In this document: positions 44,701 to 56,129 of the stretch, piece after piece
How positions within the stretch are numbered: the first letter of the stretch is position 1
Layout: the number at the start of each line of letters is the position of its first letter
Source: Rebecca billardiae RCC1528
Taxonomy: Eukaryota > Protista > Haptophyta
Assembly (NCBI GenBank): GCA_965240325.2
Contig: OZ251223.1
Span: 4,278,001-4,342,000 of the forward strand
Reading direction: 5' to 3'
DNA length: 64,000 nucleotides
Made by a program: the position numbers and the translations under genes
Notes under the pieces: generated by a model
Told to the model about the DNA's origin: nothing
Seen by the model: the letters and a program-made list of their open reading frames with translations, nothing else
Database searches by the model: none

Positions 44701-47700
44701 CGCCGAGCCCGCCGCCGAGCCCGCCGCCGTCCCCGCCACCAAGCCCGCCTCCAAGCCCGCCGCCCAGCCCGCCGCCCTTTCCGCCCCCTAGCCCGCCGCC
44801 TAGCCCTCCGCCCAGCCCACCGCCATCGCCGCCGCCAAGCCCACCACCCAGCCCACCGCCCAGCCCGCCACCTTCCCCGCCGCCCAGCCCGCCGCCCAGC
44901 CCGCCGCCCAGCCCGCCGCCGTCGCCGCCGCCAAGCCCGCCACCTAGCCCGCCGCCGCCGAGCCCGCCGCCATCACCGCCACCATCACCACCTCCGAGCC
45001 CTCCCCCGAGCCCACCGCCGAGTCCACCGCCCAGCCCGCCGCCCAGCCCGCCGCCCAGCCCGCCGCCGTCGCCGCCGCCATCCCCGCCGCCCAGCCCGCC
45101 ACCGAGCCCGCCGCCGAGCCCGCCGCCATCACCGCCACCCAGTCCCCCGCCGCCGAGCCCACCGCCGTCTCCGCCGCCAAGCCCGCCGCCGAGCCCGCCG
45201 CCAAGCCCGCCGCCATCGCCACCACCATCGCCACCGCCGAGCCCGCCTCCCAGCCCGCCGCCGTCGCCACCACCTGCACCGCCGCCGAGCCCGCCGCCGA
45301 GCCCGCCACCAAGCCCACCGCCGAGCCCGCCGCCGAGCCCGCCGCCGTCCCCGCCACCAAGCCCGCCTCCAAGCCCGCCGCCCAGCCCGCCGCCCTTTCC
45401 GCCCCCTAGCCCGCCGCCTAGCCCTCCGCCCAGCCCGCCGCCATCGCCGCCGCCAAGCCCACCACCCAGCCCACCGCCCAGCCCGCCACCGTCCCCGCCA
45501 CCCAGCCCGCCGCCCAACCCGCCGCCCAGCCCGCCGCCGTCGCCGCCGCCAAGCCCGCCACCTAGCCCGCCGCCGCCGAGCCCGCCGCCATCACCGCCAC
45601 CATCACCACCTCCGAGCCCTCCCCCGAGCCCACCGCCGAGTCCACCGCCCAGCCCGCCGCCCAGCCCGCCACCCAGCCCGCCGCCGTCGCCGCCGCCATC
45701 CCCGCCGCCCAGCCCGCCACCGAGCCCGCCGCCGAGCCCGCCGCCGAGCCCGCCACCCAGTCCCCCGCCGCCGAGCCCACCGCCGTCTCCGCCGCCAAGC
45801 CCGCCGCCGAGCCCGCCGCCGAGCCCGCCGCCATCGCCACCACCATCGCCACCACCGAGCCCGCCTCCCAGCCCGCCGCCGTCGCCACCACCTGCACCGC
45901 CGCCGAGCCCGCCGCCGAGCCCGCCTCCAAGCCCACCGCCGAGCCCTCCGCCGAGCCCGCCGCCGTCCCCACCACCAAGCCCGCCTCCAAGCCCGCCGCC
46001 CAGCCCGCCGCCCTTTCCGCCCCCTAGCCCGCCGCCTAGCCCTCCGCCCAGCCCGCCGCCATCGCCGCCGCCAAGCCCACCACCCAGCCCACCGCCCAGC
46101 CCGCCACCGTCCCCGCCACCCAGCCCGCCGCCCAGCCCGCCGCCCAGCCCGCCGCCGTCGCCGCCACCAAGCCCGCCACCTAGCCCGCCGCCGCCGAGCC
46201 CGCCGCCATCACCGCCACCATCACCACCTCCGAGCCCTCCCCCGAGCCCACCGCCGAGTCCACCGCCCAGCCCGCCGCCCAGCCCGCCACCCAGCCCGCC
46301 GCCGTCGCCGCCGCCATCCCCGCCGCCCAGCCCGCCACCGAGCCCGCCCCCAAGCCCGCCGCCGAGCCCGCCACCCAGTCCCCCGCCGCCGAGCCCACCG
46401 CCGTCTCCGCCGCCAAGCCCGCCGCCGAGCCCGCCGCCAAGCCCGCCGCCATCGCCACCACCATCGCCACCGCCGAGCCCGCCTCCCAGCCTGCCGCCGT
46501 CGCCACCACCTGCACCGCCGCCGAGCCCGCCGCCGAGCCCGCCACCTAGCCCACCGCCAAGCCCGCCGCCCAGCCCGCCGCCGTCCCCGCCGCCAAGCCC
46601 GCCTCCAAGCCCGCCACCAAGCCCGCCGCCGCCGAGCCCGCCGCCATCGCCGCCACCATCACCACCCCCGAGCCCACCCCCGAGCCCACCGCCAAGCCCA
46701 CCGCCAAGCCCGCCACCGTCGCCGCCACCCAGCCCACCGCCATCGCCGCCGCCTTCGCCGCCGCCCAGCCCGCCACCGTTGCCGCCACCGTCGCCCCCGC
46801 CCAGCCCACCGCCGTCTCCGCCGCCTCCGAGAGCTCCGCCATCACCTCCACCGTCACCACCGCCGAGCCCGCCGCCGAGCCCGCCGCCATCGCCACCACC
46901 TGCACCGCCGCCGAGCCCGCCGCCCAGCCCGCCGCCGTCGCCACCACCTGCACCGCCGCCGAGCCCGCCGCCGAGCCCTCCGCCATCTCCGCCGCCGTTC
47001 CCACCACCGAGTCCACCGCCGAGCCCGCCACCAAGCCCACCGCCTAGGCCACCGCCAAGCCCACCGCCCAGCCCGCCGCCCATTCCGCCACCGAGCCCGC
47101 CGCCATCTCCGCCGCCGTCGCAACCACCCAGCCCGCCACCGAGCCCGCCGCCAGCGACGCCATCAAGCCCGCCGCCGAGCCCACCGCCGAGCCCTCCGCC
47201 GAGCGCGCCGCCGAGCTCGCCGCCTAGCCCGCCGCCGGGCCCGCCTCCACCGCCGCCGCCGCCGTCGTCACCGCCGCATCTGCCTCCGCCGCCACGCGCC
47301 GAGCCGTTCCCGCCGCCCAGCCCGCCAGCACCACCGCCGTCGCCGCCGCCATCGCCGCCGCCCTTGCCGTCGCCGCCGCCGCCGCCGCCGCCATCCCCGT
47401 CACCGCCGCCACCGTCGCCGTCACCGCCGCCACTGTCGCCTCCGCCCGCGCCGCCTCCGGCCGCGCCGCCGCCCTCGCCACCGCCCCAGCCGCCGCCGCC
47501 GCCACGCGCGGAGCCGTTCCCGCCGCCGAGCCCGCCGAGCCCGCCGCCCTCGCCGCCGCCGCCATCGGCGCCGCCGCTGCCGCCGCCGTCGCTGCCGCCG
47601 TCGCCACCGCCTCTGCCGCCCTCGGCGCCGCCGCCGTCGCCGCCGCCCAGCCCGCCGCCGCCGTCGCCGCCGCCGTTCGCACCGCCGCCGCCACGGGGTG

Positions 47701-50700
47701 AGCCGTTCCCGCCGCCCAGCCCGCCGGCACCGCCGCCGTCGCCGCCGCCGTTGCCACCGCCGTCGCCACTCCCGCCGCCGCCGCCGCCGCCATCGCCGCT
47801 GCCGCCGCCGCCGTCGCCGCTGCCGCCGCTGCCGTCGCCTCCGCCCGCGCCGCCTCCGGCCGCGCCGCCGCCCTCGCCACCGCCCCAGCTGCCGCCGCCG
47901 CCGCGCACGGAGCCGTTCCCGCCGCCGAGCCCGCCGAGCCCGCCGCCCTCGCCGCCGCCGCCGTCGGCGCCGCCGCTGCCACCGCCGTCGCTGCCGCCGT
48001 CGCCACCGCCTCTGCCGCCCTCGGCGCCGCCGCCGTCGCCGCCGCCCAGCCCGCCGCCGCCGTCGCCGCCGCCGTTCGCTCCGCCGCCGCCACGAGCTGA
48101 GCCGTTCCCGCCGCCCAGCCCGCCGGCACCGCCACCTCAGCTGCCGCCGTCGCCACCGCCGTCGCCACTCCCGCCGCCGCCGCCGCCGCCATCGCCGCTG
48201 CCGCCGCCGCCGTCGCCGCTGCTGCCGCCGCCGTCGCCTCCGCCCGCGCCGCCTCCGGCCCCGCCGCCGCCCTCGCCACCGCCCCAGCTGCCGCCGCCGC
48301 CGCGCACGGAGCCGTTCCCGCCGCCGAGCCCGCCGAGCCCGCCGCCGTCACCGCCGCCACCATCGGCGCCGCCGCTGCCGCCACCGTCGCTGCCGCCGTC
48401 GCCACCGCCTCTGCCGCCCTCGGCGCCGCCGCCGTCGCCGCCGCCCAGCCCGCCGCCGCCGTCGCCGCCGCCGTTCGCTCCGCCGCCGCCACGAGCTGAG
48501 CCGTTCCCGCCGCCCAGCCCGCCGGCACCGCCACCTCAGCTGCCGCCGTCGCCACCGCCGTCGCCACTCCCGCCGCCGCCGCCGCCGCCATCGCCGCTGC
48601 CGCCGCCGCCCTCGCCGCTGCCGCCGCCGCCGTCGCCTCAGCCCGCGCCGCCTCCGGCCCCGCCGCCGCCCTCGCCACCGCCCCAGCTGCCGCCGCCGCC
48701 GCGCACGGAGCCGTTCCCGCCGCCGAGGCCGCCGAGCCCGCCGCCGTCACCGCCGCCACCATCGGCGCCGCCGCTGCCGCCGCCGTCGCTGCCGCCGTCG
48801 CCACCGCCTCTGCCGCCCTCGGCGCCGCCGCCCTCGCCGCCGCCGTCGCCGCCGCCCTCGCCAGTGCCGCCGCCGCCCTCGCCAGTGCCACCGCCCGCGT
48901 CGCCGCCTCCCTTTCCGCCGCCCACGTCTCCGCCGCCCTCGCCGCCACCTCAGCTGCCGCCGCCGCCGCGCACGGAGCCGTTCCCGCCGCCGAGCCCGCC
49001 GAGCCCGCCGCCGTCGCCGCCGCCGCCATCGGCGCCGCCGCTGCCGCCGCCGTCGCTGCCGCCGTCGCCACCGCCTCTGCCGCCCTCGGCGCCGCCGCCG
49101 TCGCCGCCGCCCACCCCACCGCCGCCGTCGCCGCCGCCGTCGCTGCCGCCCTCGCCACCGCCTCTGCCGCCCTCGGCGCCGCCGCCGTCGCCGCCACCCA
49201 GCCCGCCGCCGCCGTCGCCGCCGCCGCTGCCGCCGCCGCCGCCGCGCGTCGAGCCGTTCCCGCCGCCGAGCCCGCCGAGCCCGCCGCCGTCACCGCCGCC
49301 CTCATCGCCGCCGCCCTTGCCGCCGCCGAGCCCGCCGCCGCCGTCGCCGTTCCCGCCGTCGGCGCCGCCCCCATTGCCACCGCCGAGCCCGCCGCCTCCG
49401 CCGCCGCTGCCGCCGCCGCCGCCTCGCGTGCTGCCGCTGCCGCCGCCGAGCCCGCCGTCGGCGCCGCCGAGCGCGCCGCCGCCGAGCGCGCCCCCGTCGC
49501 CGCCGCCCCCGCCGTCACCGTTCGCGCCGCCCGAGCTGCTCGGCGCGTCGCTCGACAGCGAGGCGCGCGCGCTCGTCCTCACCTTCGACCCGCAGCCGAC
49601 CGACCGCGCGCGCATGCTCGGGCTCGAGCCGTGCGCGGCGCTGCTGGACGGCGCGAGCGTGGCGCTCATCAGGGGGCGCGCCGAGGCGGAGCCGCTGTGC
49701 TACTGGCGGGACGACTCGACGCTGGTCGCGCCCCTCGGCTCGCGCACCGCGCTCGCGCCCGGCGCGCGCGTCGGCATCCGCGCGGACGTGCTCCGCCCCG
49801 CCGCGTTTGCGGGCGAGTGCCCCTCGAGCGCTTGCGCGGCCGCCGCGGCGGTCGAGCTGCCCGCTGCCGCCGACGCCGCGCTGTGCGCCGGCGGCTGCCC
49901 GGAGCCGGTGGCGACGATCGACGCGCCGGAGCAGATCTCGGCGTGCGCGGCGGACGGCACGACCCTCGACGGCTCGGGCTCGAGCGGCGGCGGCGCCTTC
50001 GCCCTCTCGTACGCTTGGTCGGTCAACGCGAGCGCGTCGTCGGGCGGCGGCGCGGACGGCGGCGCGAGCGCGGCCGAGGTGGCCGCGCTGCAGAGCCTCG
50101 CGGCGCAGCTGGCCGCGCTGCCGCCGGGCGCGGCGACGGTGTCGCTCGCGGGCTCGCAGCTGCCGGGCTCGACGTACGTGTTCACCCTGCAGGCCTCCTC
50201 GCCCGCGCTCGGCACCACCTCCGCGCCCGCGACGCACACGCTCTCGCGCGCGGGCACGGCCGCGCCTGCGGTCACGCTCAACGTGCCGCGCGCGCTCACA
50301 GCGCGCCCCGGCGACTCGCTCGTGATCCGCGGCTCGGCGGCGGCGGCGAGCTGCTGGGAGGGCTCGTCGGCGCTCGTGCGCTTCGGCTGGCGCGTCGAGG
50401 GCGCGGCCGACGCGCTCTCCGGCGCCGACGCGCCCGCGGCCGCGGCGTCGCTCGGCGCGGCGCTCGGCGGCGCGCAGAGCAGCTCTACGCTCGCGCTGCC
50501 GCCGTACACGCTGCGCGGCGGCATGGAGTACACCCTCGCGCTCACGGCGAGCATGGCGGCGCAGCCGAGCGCGGCGACGACCTCGCGCGTGCGCGTGCGC
50601 GCGCGGCTCGCGCCGCTCGAGGCGGTGCTCGACGGCGGCGACCGCACCGCCTCGTTCGGCGGCGGCTTCTCGGTGGACGCGTCCGCGTCGGTCGACCCAA

Positions 50701-53700
50701 ACGTGGCGCCGGGGGCGCAGGCGCTGGCGTACGCGTGGGCGCTGGCGGAGCTCGGCGCGGCGGGCGGCGCGAGCGCGCGCGCGTGGCCGGACGGCGTGGA
50801 CGCCGCGTCCGCCGTGCTCGCAATCCCGCCCGAGGCCCTCGCCGTCGGCGCGTACCGCCTCACCGTGAGCGTCAGCTCCGCGTCGACGCCGGGCGCGGCC
50901 GCGGCGGCCGCGTCCGTCGACGTGGCCGTGGTGGCGGAGGCGGGCGTGCCCGCGGTGGAGGTGCGCACGGCGGCGGGCACGGCGCTGCCCGGCCGCGTGA
51001 GCGCGAGCTGGTCCGCGCCCGCGCAGCGCCTCGCCGTCCGCGCCACCCTCGACGCCGCCTCGCGCGCCGCGGAGGCCGCGGGCGCCCTCTCGTGGGCGTA
51101 CGCCTGGGAGCTGGGCGCGCGCTCCGCGGCGGGCGCGCTCGTGCCCGCGGCCGCCGAGCTGGGCGACGCGCTCGGCGTGACGACGACGGGCGCGGCGAAG
51201 CCGTCGCTCGGCTTCCGCTCGGGCGCGCTCGAGCCGGGCGTGTCGTACGTGCTCACGCTCTCCGTGAGCGGCGGCGGCGTGAGCGCGCGCGTGTCGGCCG
51301 CGTTTGCGACCAACAGACCGCCGTGGGGCGGCGCGCTCGACGTGCGGCCGGCGCTCGGGCTCGCGGCGGCGACGAGCTTCGAGCTGCGCGCGGCGGGCTG
51401 GACGGATGACGCGGAGGACCTGCCGCTCACGTACGCCTTCGAGCTCGACAGCCCGGTCGACTCGACGCGCGCCGCCATCGACGGCGCGGGCGCCTCCGCG
51501 CTCGTGCGCACCGCCTCGCTCGGCGGCGAGCAGCTCACCAGCGCGCGGCGCGCCGTGCTGCCAGCGGGCAACCACACGGCGCGCGCGCGCGTGCGCGACT
51601 CGTTCGGCGCGGAGGCGGCGGCGGAGGCGGGCGTGGGCGCGCGCGCGCCGGCCCTCGGCTGCGCCGAGCTCGGCTCGCTGCTCGACGCCGCGCGCGACGC
51701 CGTCGACGGCTCGGACGCCGACCTCGCCAACCAGCAGGTCGCCGCCCTCGCGCCGCTCGTGCGGGCGGCGTGCGCGGCGGCGGCGGGCGGCGGCGGCGCC
51801 GAGGCGGAGGCGCGCTCGGCGGTTAGCGCGATGCTCGCGATCACCGTCGCCGCGGCGAACGCGACGGCGGGCTCGACGCCCGGCTCGCGCCGCCAGGCCG
51901 CCGCCGCCGCCGCCTCCGTCCTCGGCGCGCCCGAGCTGCTCGACGGCCCGTCGCAGCTGCAGGGCATGGAGCACCTCGCCTCGCTCGCGCGCGCGTCGGC
52001 GGACGCGGACGGCGCGGACGACGCGACGGTGCTCGACCTGCTCGGCGCGGCGGACGCGGTGCTGCAGGCGAACCGCACGCAGCTGGACGAGGCCCAGCGC
52101 GCGACGTCGGACGCGCTCGTCCAGTCCTTCGCCACCTCGCTCGCGCGCGCGCTGCTCGTGGGCGCGGTCGCGGGCGAGTCGTCGAGCGGCGCGAGCTCTG
52201 CCGCGCTCAACGTGTCGGCGTCGCGCGTGCTCGCGGGCGCGGGCATCGAGATCGGCGTGAGCGGCGGCGGCTCGGGCGGCCTCTCGGTCTCGGAGGGGCT
52301 GCTCGGCGCGTCCCTGCCCGAGGTGGTGGACGCCGTGCTCTACGCCCTCGAGCAGAACCTCTTCGCCGATCCGGCCGAGACGGCGGGCGCGCGCCGCGGC
52401 CGCGCGCTGCAGGGCGCGGGCGGCGCGCCGGGCGCGGGGCTGGGCGCGGGGCTGCGCACCGCGCTCTTCACCGTGAGCCTGCGCGACGCGAGCACCGGCG
52501 CCGAGCTCTCCGTCGCGGCGGACGCGCCCCTCCGCATCGACATCCCGGTGGGCGGCGCGAGCGGCCAGGCGGACGCGGGCCACGTGCTGCAGTGCCGCTG
52601 GTGGGACGAGCAGGGCGCGCGCTGGTCGGCGTCGGGCTGCGTCACGCTCGGCCTGAGTGAGGATGGCGCGGTGCTGCGCTGCGCGTGCACGCACCTGAGC
52701 GCGTTCGCGGGGCTCTCCGTGCCCGCGCCCGAGGCCGCGCCGGGCAGCGGCTCCGCCGCGGCCTCGGCCGTGAGCTCGGCGGACGACGGCTCGCTCGGCG
52801 TGCTCGGCGCGCCGCGCGCGGAGGGGGGCGCGCGCGTGTTGCTCGGCGTCGTGTGCGCGCTCGGCGGCGCGTGCGCGCTCAGCGTCGCCGCGCTGTGCGC
52901 GCTCGACGCGCGCGGGCGGCGGCGGCACGCGCGGCGGCTCGACGCGCTCAGCGGCGGCGGCGGCGCCAAGCCCGCCGCCGCCAAGCCCGCCCACGGCGCG
53001 GCGCCTCCAACCGGCGCGGACAAGGAGTCGGCCGAGCGGTCGCGCGCGGCGCTCGCGCTGCAGCGCACGGCGCGCGGCCGCGCGGCGCGCCGCCGCGTCG
53101 AGTCGGTCGCGCCGAGCGCCGCGCGGCGCCGCCGGGCGCGGCTCGCGCGCGACCGGCCGCGCAGCGCGCTGCGCGGCCTCGGCTGCGCGCTCGCGCAGGG
53201 CCACTCGGTGCTGCGCCTCTTCCTGTCGCGCCCCGACGAGTGCGCGCGCGCGGAGGGCGCGCTGGGCCTGTGGGCGGTGGCGGCGCTCGGTCTGCTGCTC
53301 GCGTGCGCGCTCTTCGACGCGGGCGCGCCGGCGGAGGGCGCGGCGCCGGCCGCGCTGCTCGCGCACGCCGCGCTGAGCGGGCTGCTCTGCGGCGCGCTGC
53401 TGCTGCCCGCGAGCGCGCTGTGCCGGCTGCTCCTCGACTGGGGGCGGCGCGCGGCGCGCGGCGCGCGCTGCACGCGGCTGCACGCCGCGCTGCTGCGGCG
53501 CGAGCTCGCCGAGCGCGCGCGACGCCGCGGCATCTTTGCGCGCGCCGTCGCGCGGCACGCCGCGCGCGGCGGCGCGGGCGGCGCGCCGCCGGGCCGCGCG
53601 ACCGTCACGCCGACCGCCGCGGCGGGCGCGGCGGGCGCGGGCTCGCTCGCCGAGCCGGGGCGCACGCCGCCGCGCGCCGACGGCGGCGGCGGCGGCGCCG

Positions 53701-55261
53701 CCGACGCCGACGCCGCCGCCGCCGAGGAGGAGGAGCGCCCGCCCGCGGAGGACGAGGCGGACACGATCGGCCCGCCCATGTACCGGCTCTCGACGATCTC
53801 GGGCGTGCGCGGCCGCGTCGACCCCGACCTGTGCCGCCCGTCCACCGCGGACACGGACGTGTCGGCGCGGCGCAGCAGCGTGGACTCGCAGCAGCTCGAC
53901 TCGGCGCGGCCGAGCGCGGGCGCGGCGGCGGAGCTGTGGACGCGGCCAGACACCGCCGACTCGGAGCTGGGTCGGCCGGGCACGGCCGACTCGGAGGCGG
54001 ACGGCGCGGCGGCGCAGGCGGCGCTCACGCAGTACAGCGCTGGCGCGCGCGGCCGCGTGCAGCCCAGCTCGCCCGTGCGCGCGGGCAGGGCGGCGCAGAG
54101 GCCCGAGGAGGAGACCGCTGCGCCGCCGCCCGCGCCCGCGCCCGCGCCCGCCGCGCCCGCCGCCGCCGGCTCCTCAGCCGGCGCCGCAGCCGCCGGCGCC
54201 GCGCCGAGCGGAGCGCCTCGTCCCGCGCCGTCGCCGCGCACGCTCGCCGGGCAGCGCGCGGTCTCGGCGGGGCCGACGGGCCCGCGGCCGCCCGCGCCGC
54301 CCGCGCCGCCCGCCGAGCGGCGCGGCTCTGGCTCTGGCCCGCGCATTGGGCGCGCGCTGCCCTCGCGGCTCTACCAGCCTCCCGCCTCGTGCGTGGCGCG
54401 CAGCAGCAGCGGGCCCGTGTGCCCGGGCACGATGCCGAGCGGCTCGGACGCGCCGCCCAGCTCGCCGCAGCAGCAGCCGCCGCCGCCGCCGCAGCCCGCC
54501 GGCGCGGCGCTGCCCGTGCGGCAGAGCTGGCGCGCGTCGCGCTCCGACCCGCTCGGCCTGCTCGACGAGCCGCTCAGCCGAGGGCAGCCGCCGCCGCCGC
54601 CGCCGGCGGCGGCGGCGGCGCGCGGCGCGCCCGGCGCGCGCGTGCTCGCGCTCGCGGACGCGGAGCTCGAGGCGATGCCGCGGCCCAGCTCGGGCGGCGC
54701 CGCGCGCACGCGCGCCTCGTCCGCGCGCGGCTCCGGCACCGTCACGCCCGTGCGGCCGTCCGCGCTCGCGGCCGAGGTCGAGGCGGCGGGATCATTCAGG
54801 TCGCCCGCGCGGCGCGCGTCGAGCGGCGAGCGGAGTAGCGGCGGCGAGCGCGGCGCCGAGCGCGGCGCGGCCGAGCGCGTGGGCAGCGGCGCGGGCGCGA
54901 GCGCGCTCGGCGTGGGCGCGCGCATGTCCACGCGCGTGCCCACGCACCCGGCCAGCGCGGTGGCCAGCGCGGTGCGCACAACCAGCTCAGCGCTGGGCGG
55001 GCGCACGGCCAGCGGCGGGCTCGGTGGCTCGCTGCTCGCCCGCGCGGCGGAGGGCGCGGCGGGCGGCGCGCGGCCGGGCAGCGCGGGCGGCGGCGGCGCC
55101 GCCGACATCATCACCGCCTCGGGCCGCTCGGCGCGCAACTCGGCGCGGCCGCTCTCCGCCGCGAGCCGCGCGTCGCGCGCCGACGCGCAACCGCCGCACG
55201 CCGCCGAGGGCGAGGGGGGGGCGGGCGGCGCGCCGCCGCCGCCGTCGGCGCCGCCGCCCTC

Positions 55262-55293
<32 letters not shown>

Positions 55294-55937
55294 GCCGCCC
55301 GCCGCCGCCCGCCGCGCCGCCGCCGCCCACGCAGCCGCTCGCCTCGCCGCGCCTCGCCGCCGCGCGCTCGGGCGGCGGCGCGCTCGACGCGCAGGCCGCC
55401 CTCGAGCTGCGCGCCGTGTACGAGGAGGAGGCGGCGGCGGCCGCGCGCGGCGCGCCCGCCGGCGTGGCGGCGGCCGAGCGCGTGCTGCTGGGCGCGGGGC
55501 TGCGGCTGCCGCGGCGCCGGATGGCCTCGGCCGTCGCGGAGCTGGGCGGCGGCGCCACCGCCCCGCCCTTCGACGCGGTGGCGGAGTGGGTGGGCCGCGA
55601 GGTCGCGGCCGAGGCCGCGCGCCGCGCCGCGCGCGAGCGGCGGCGCGCGCGCTGGGGCGGCGGCGCGTGCGCGCGCGCGCGCCGCCCGCCGGCGCTCGCG
55701 CGGCTGCTGGTCGCGTGGGCGGCGATGCTCGGCCTCCTCGGCGGCGCGTGCGCGCTCGTCCTCGCGTACGAGCCGCGCCTCGGCCCCGCGCAGACGGCGC
55801 ACGCGCTGTACGCGTGGGCCATCGGCGTGGGCGCGCTGCTGCTGCTCGCGGAGCCGCTGCTGATCGCGCTCGCAGAGGCGCTGCCCGAGAGCTGCGCGCG
55901 CGCGGTGTTTACGCTGAGCAGGGGCGGCGCCGCGTGA
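32748..55937 (+). CDS. Giant polycystin-1-like surface protein (7729 aa): signal peptide, (SPPP)n shaft, Pro-rich repeats, REJ, GAIN/GPS, TM1, IQ-like motif, further TM pairs
   Basis: A single 23-kb ORF. Signal peptide RRVGALLFLLGLHATSS. REJ-like TTLDGSGS...LSYAW, VDASASVDPN...LAYAW, TNRPPWGGALDVRPALGLAAATSFELRAAGWTDDAEDLPLTYAF. GPS CRWWDEQGARWSASGC...CACTHLSAF. PKD1-like HSVLRLF...RAEGAL and C-terminal LLLAEPLLIAL. Confidence 0.88.
32840..47230 (+). repeat. Coding 12-bp (Ser-Pro-Pro-Pro) minisatellite of about 14.4 kb with higher-order periodicity
   Basis: About 1,200 SPPP units punctuated by SPPPP, most often every 16 units (195 nt). Larger duplications of 390, 582, 618 and 1086 nt. Confidence 0.95.
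47230..49525 (+). repeat. Second Pro-rich repeat tier (PPPPR[A/T/G/V]EPFPPPSPP, SAPPLPPPSLPP)
   Basis: About 10 recurrences of the R-x-EPF motif in alternating unit types. Confidence 0.9.
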
Positions 55938-56129
55938 GCGCCATTGGCGGAGTCATATCGTCCTCGTCATGCATGTACGGCGGATCGTCGGCTGCCGCAT
56001 ACAGTCTCAAGTCTACTGGCCCGCATTGTCAGTCGTCACACGGCTGTGTAGTTACTGGGGTACTGCAGCTGATGCGACTATGGCCATGGGGGTAGTGCGG
56101 TCGCCGGTCGGCGGTCGGCGGTCGGCGCG

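Noticed and set aside
32831-47908. 5025-aa Gly-rich antisense ORF and many Ala-rich antisense ORFs
   Set aside because: They are shadows of the SPPP array, whose composition rarely produces stops. The signal peptide and domains are on the + strand.
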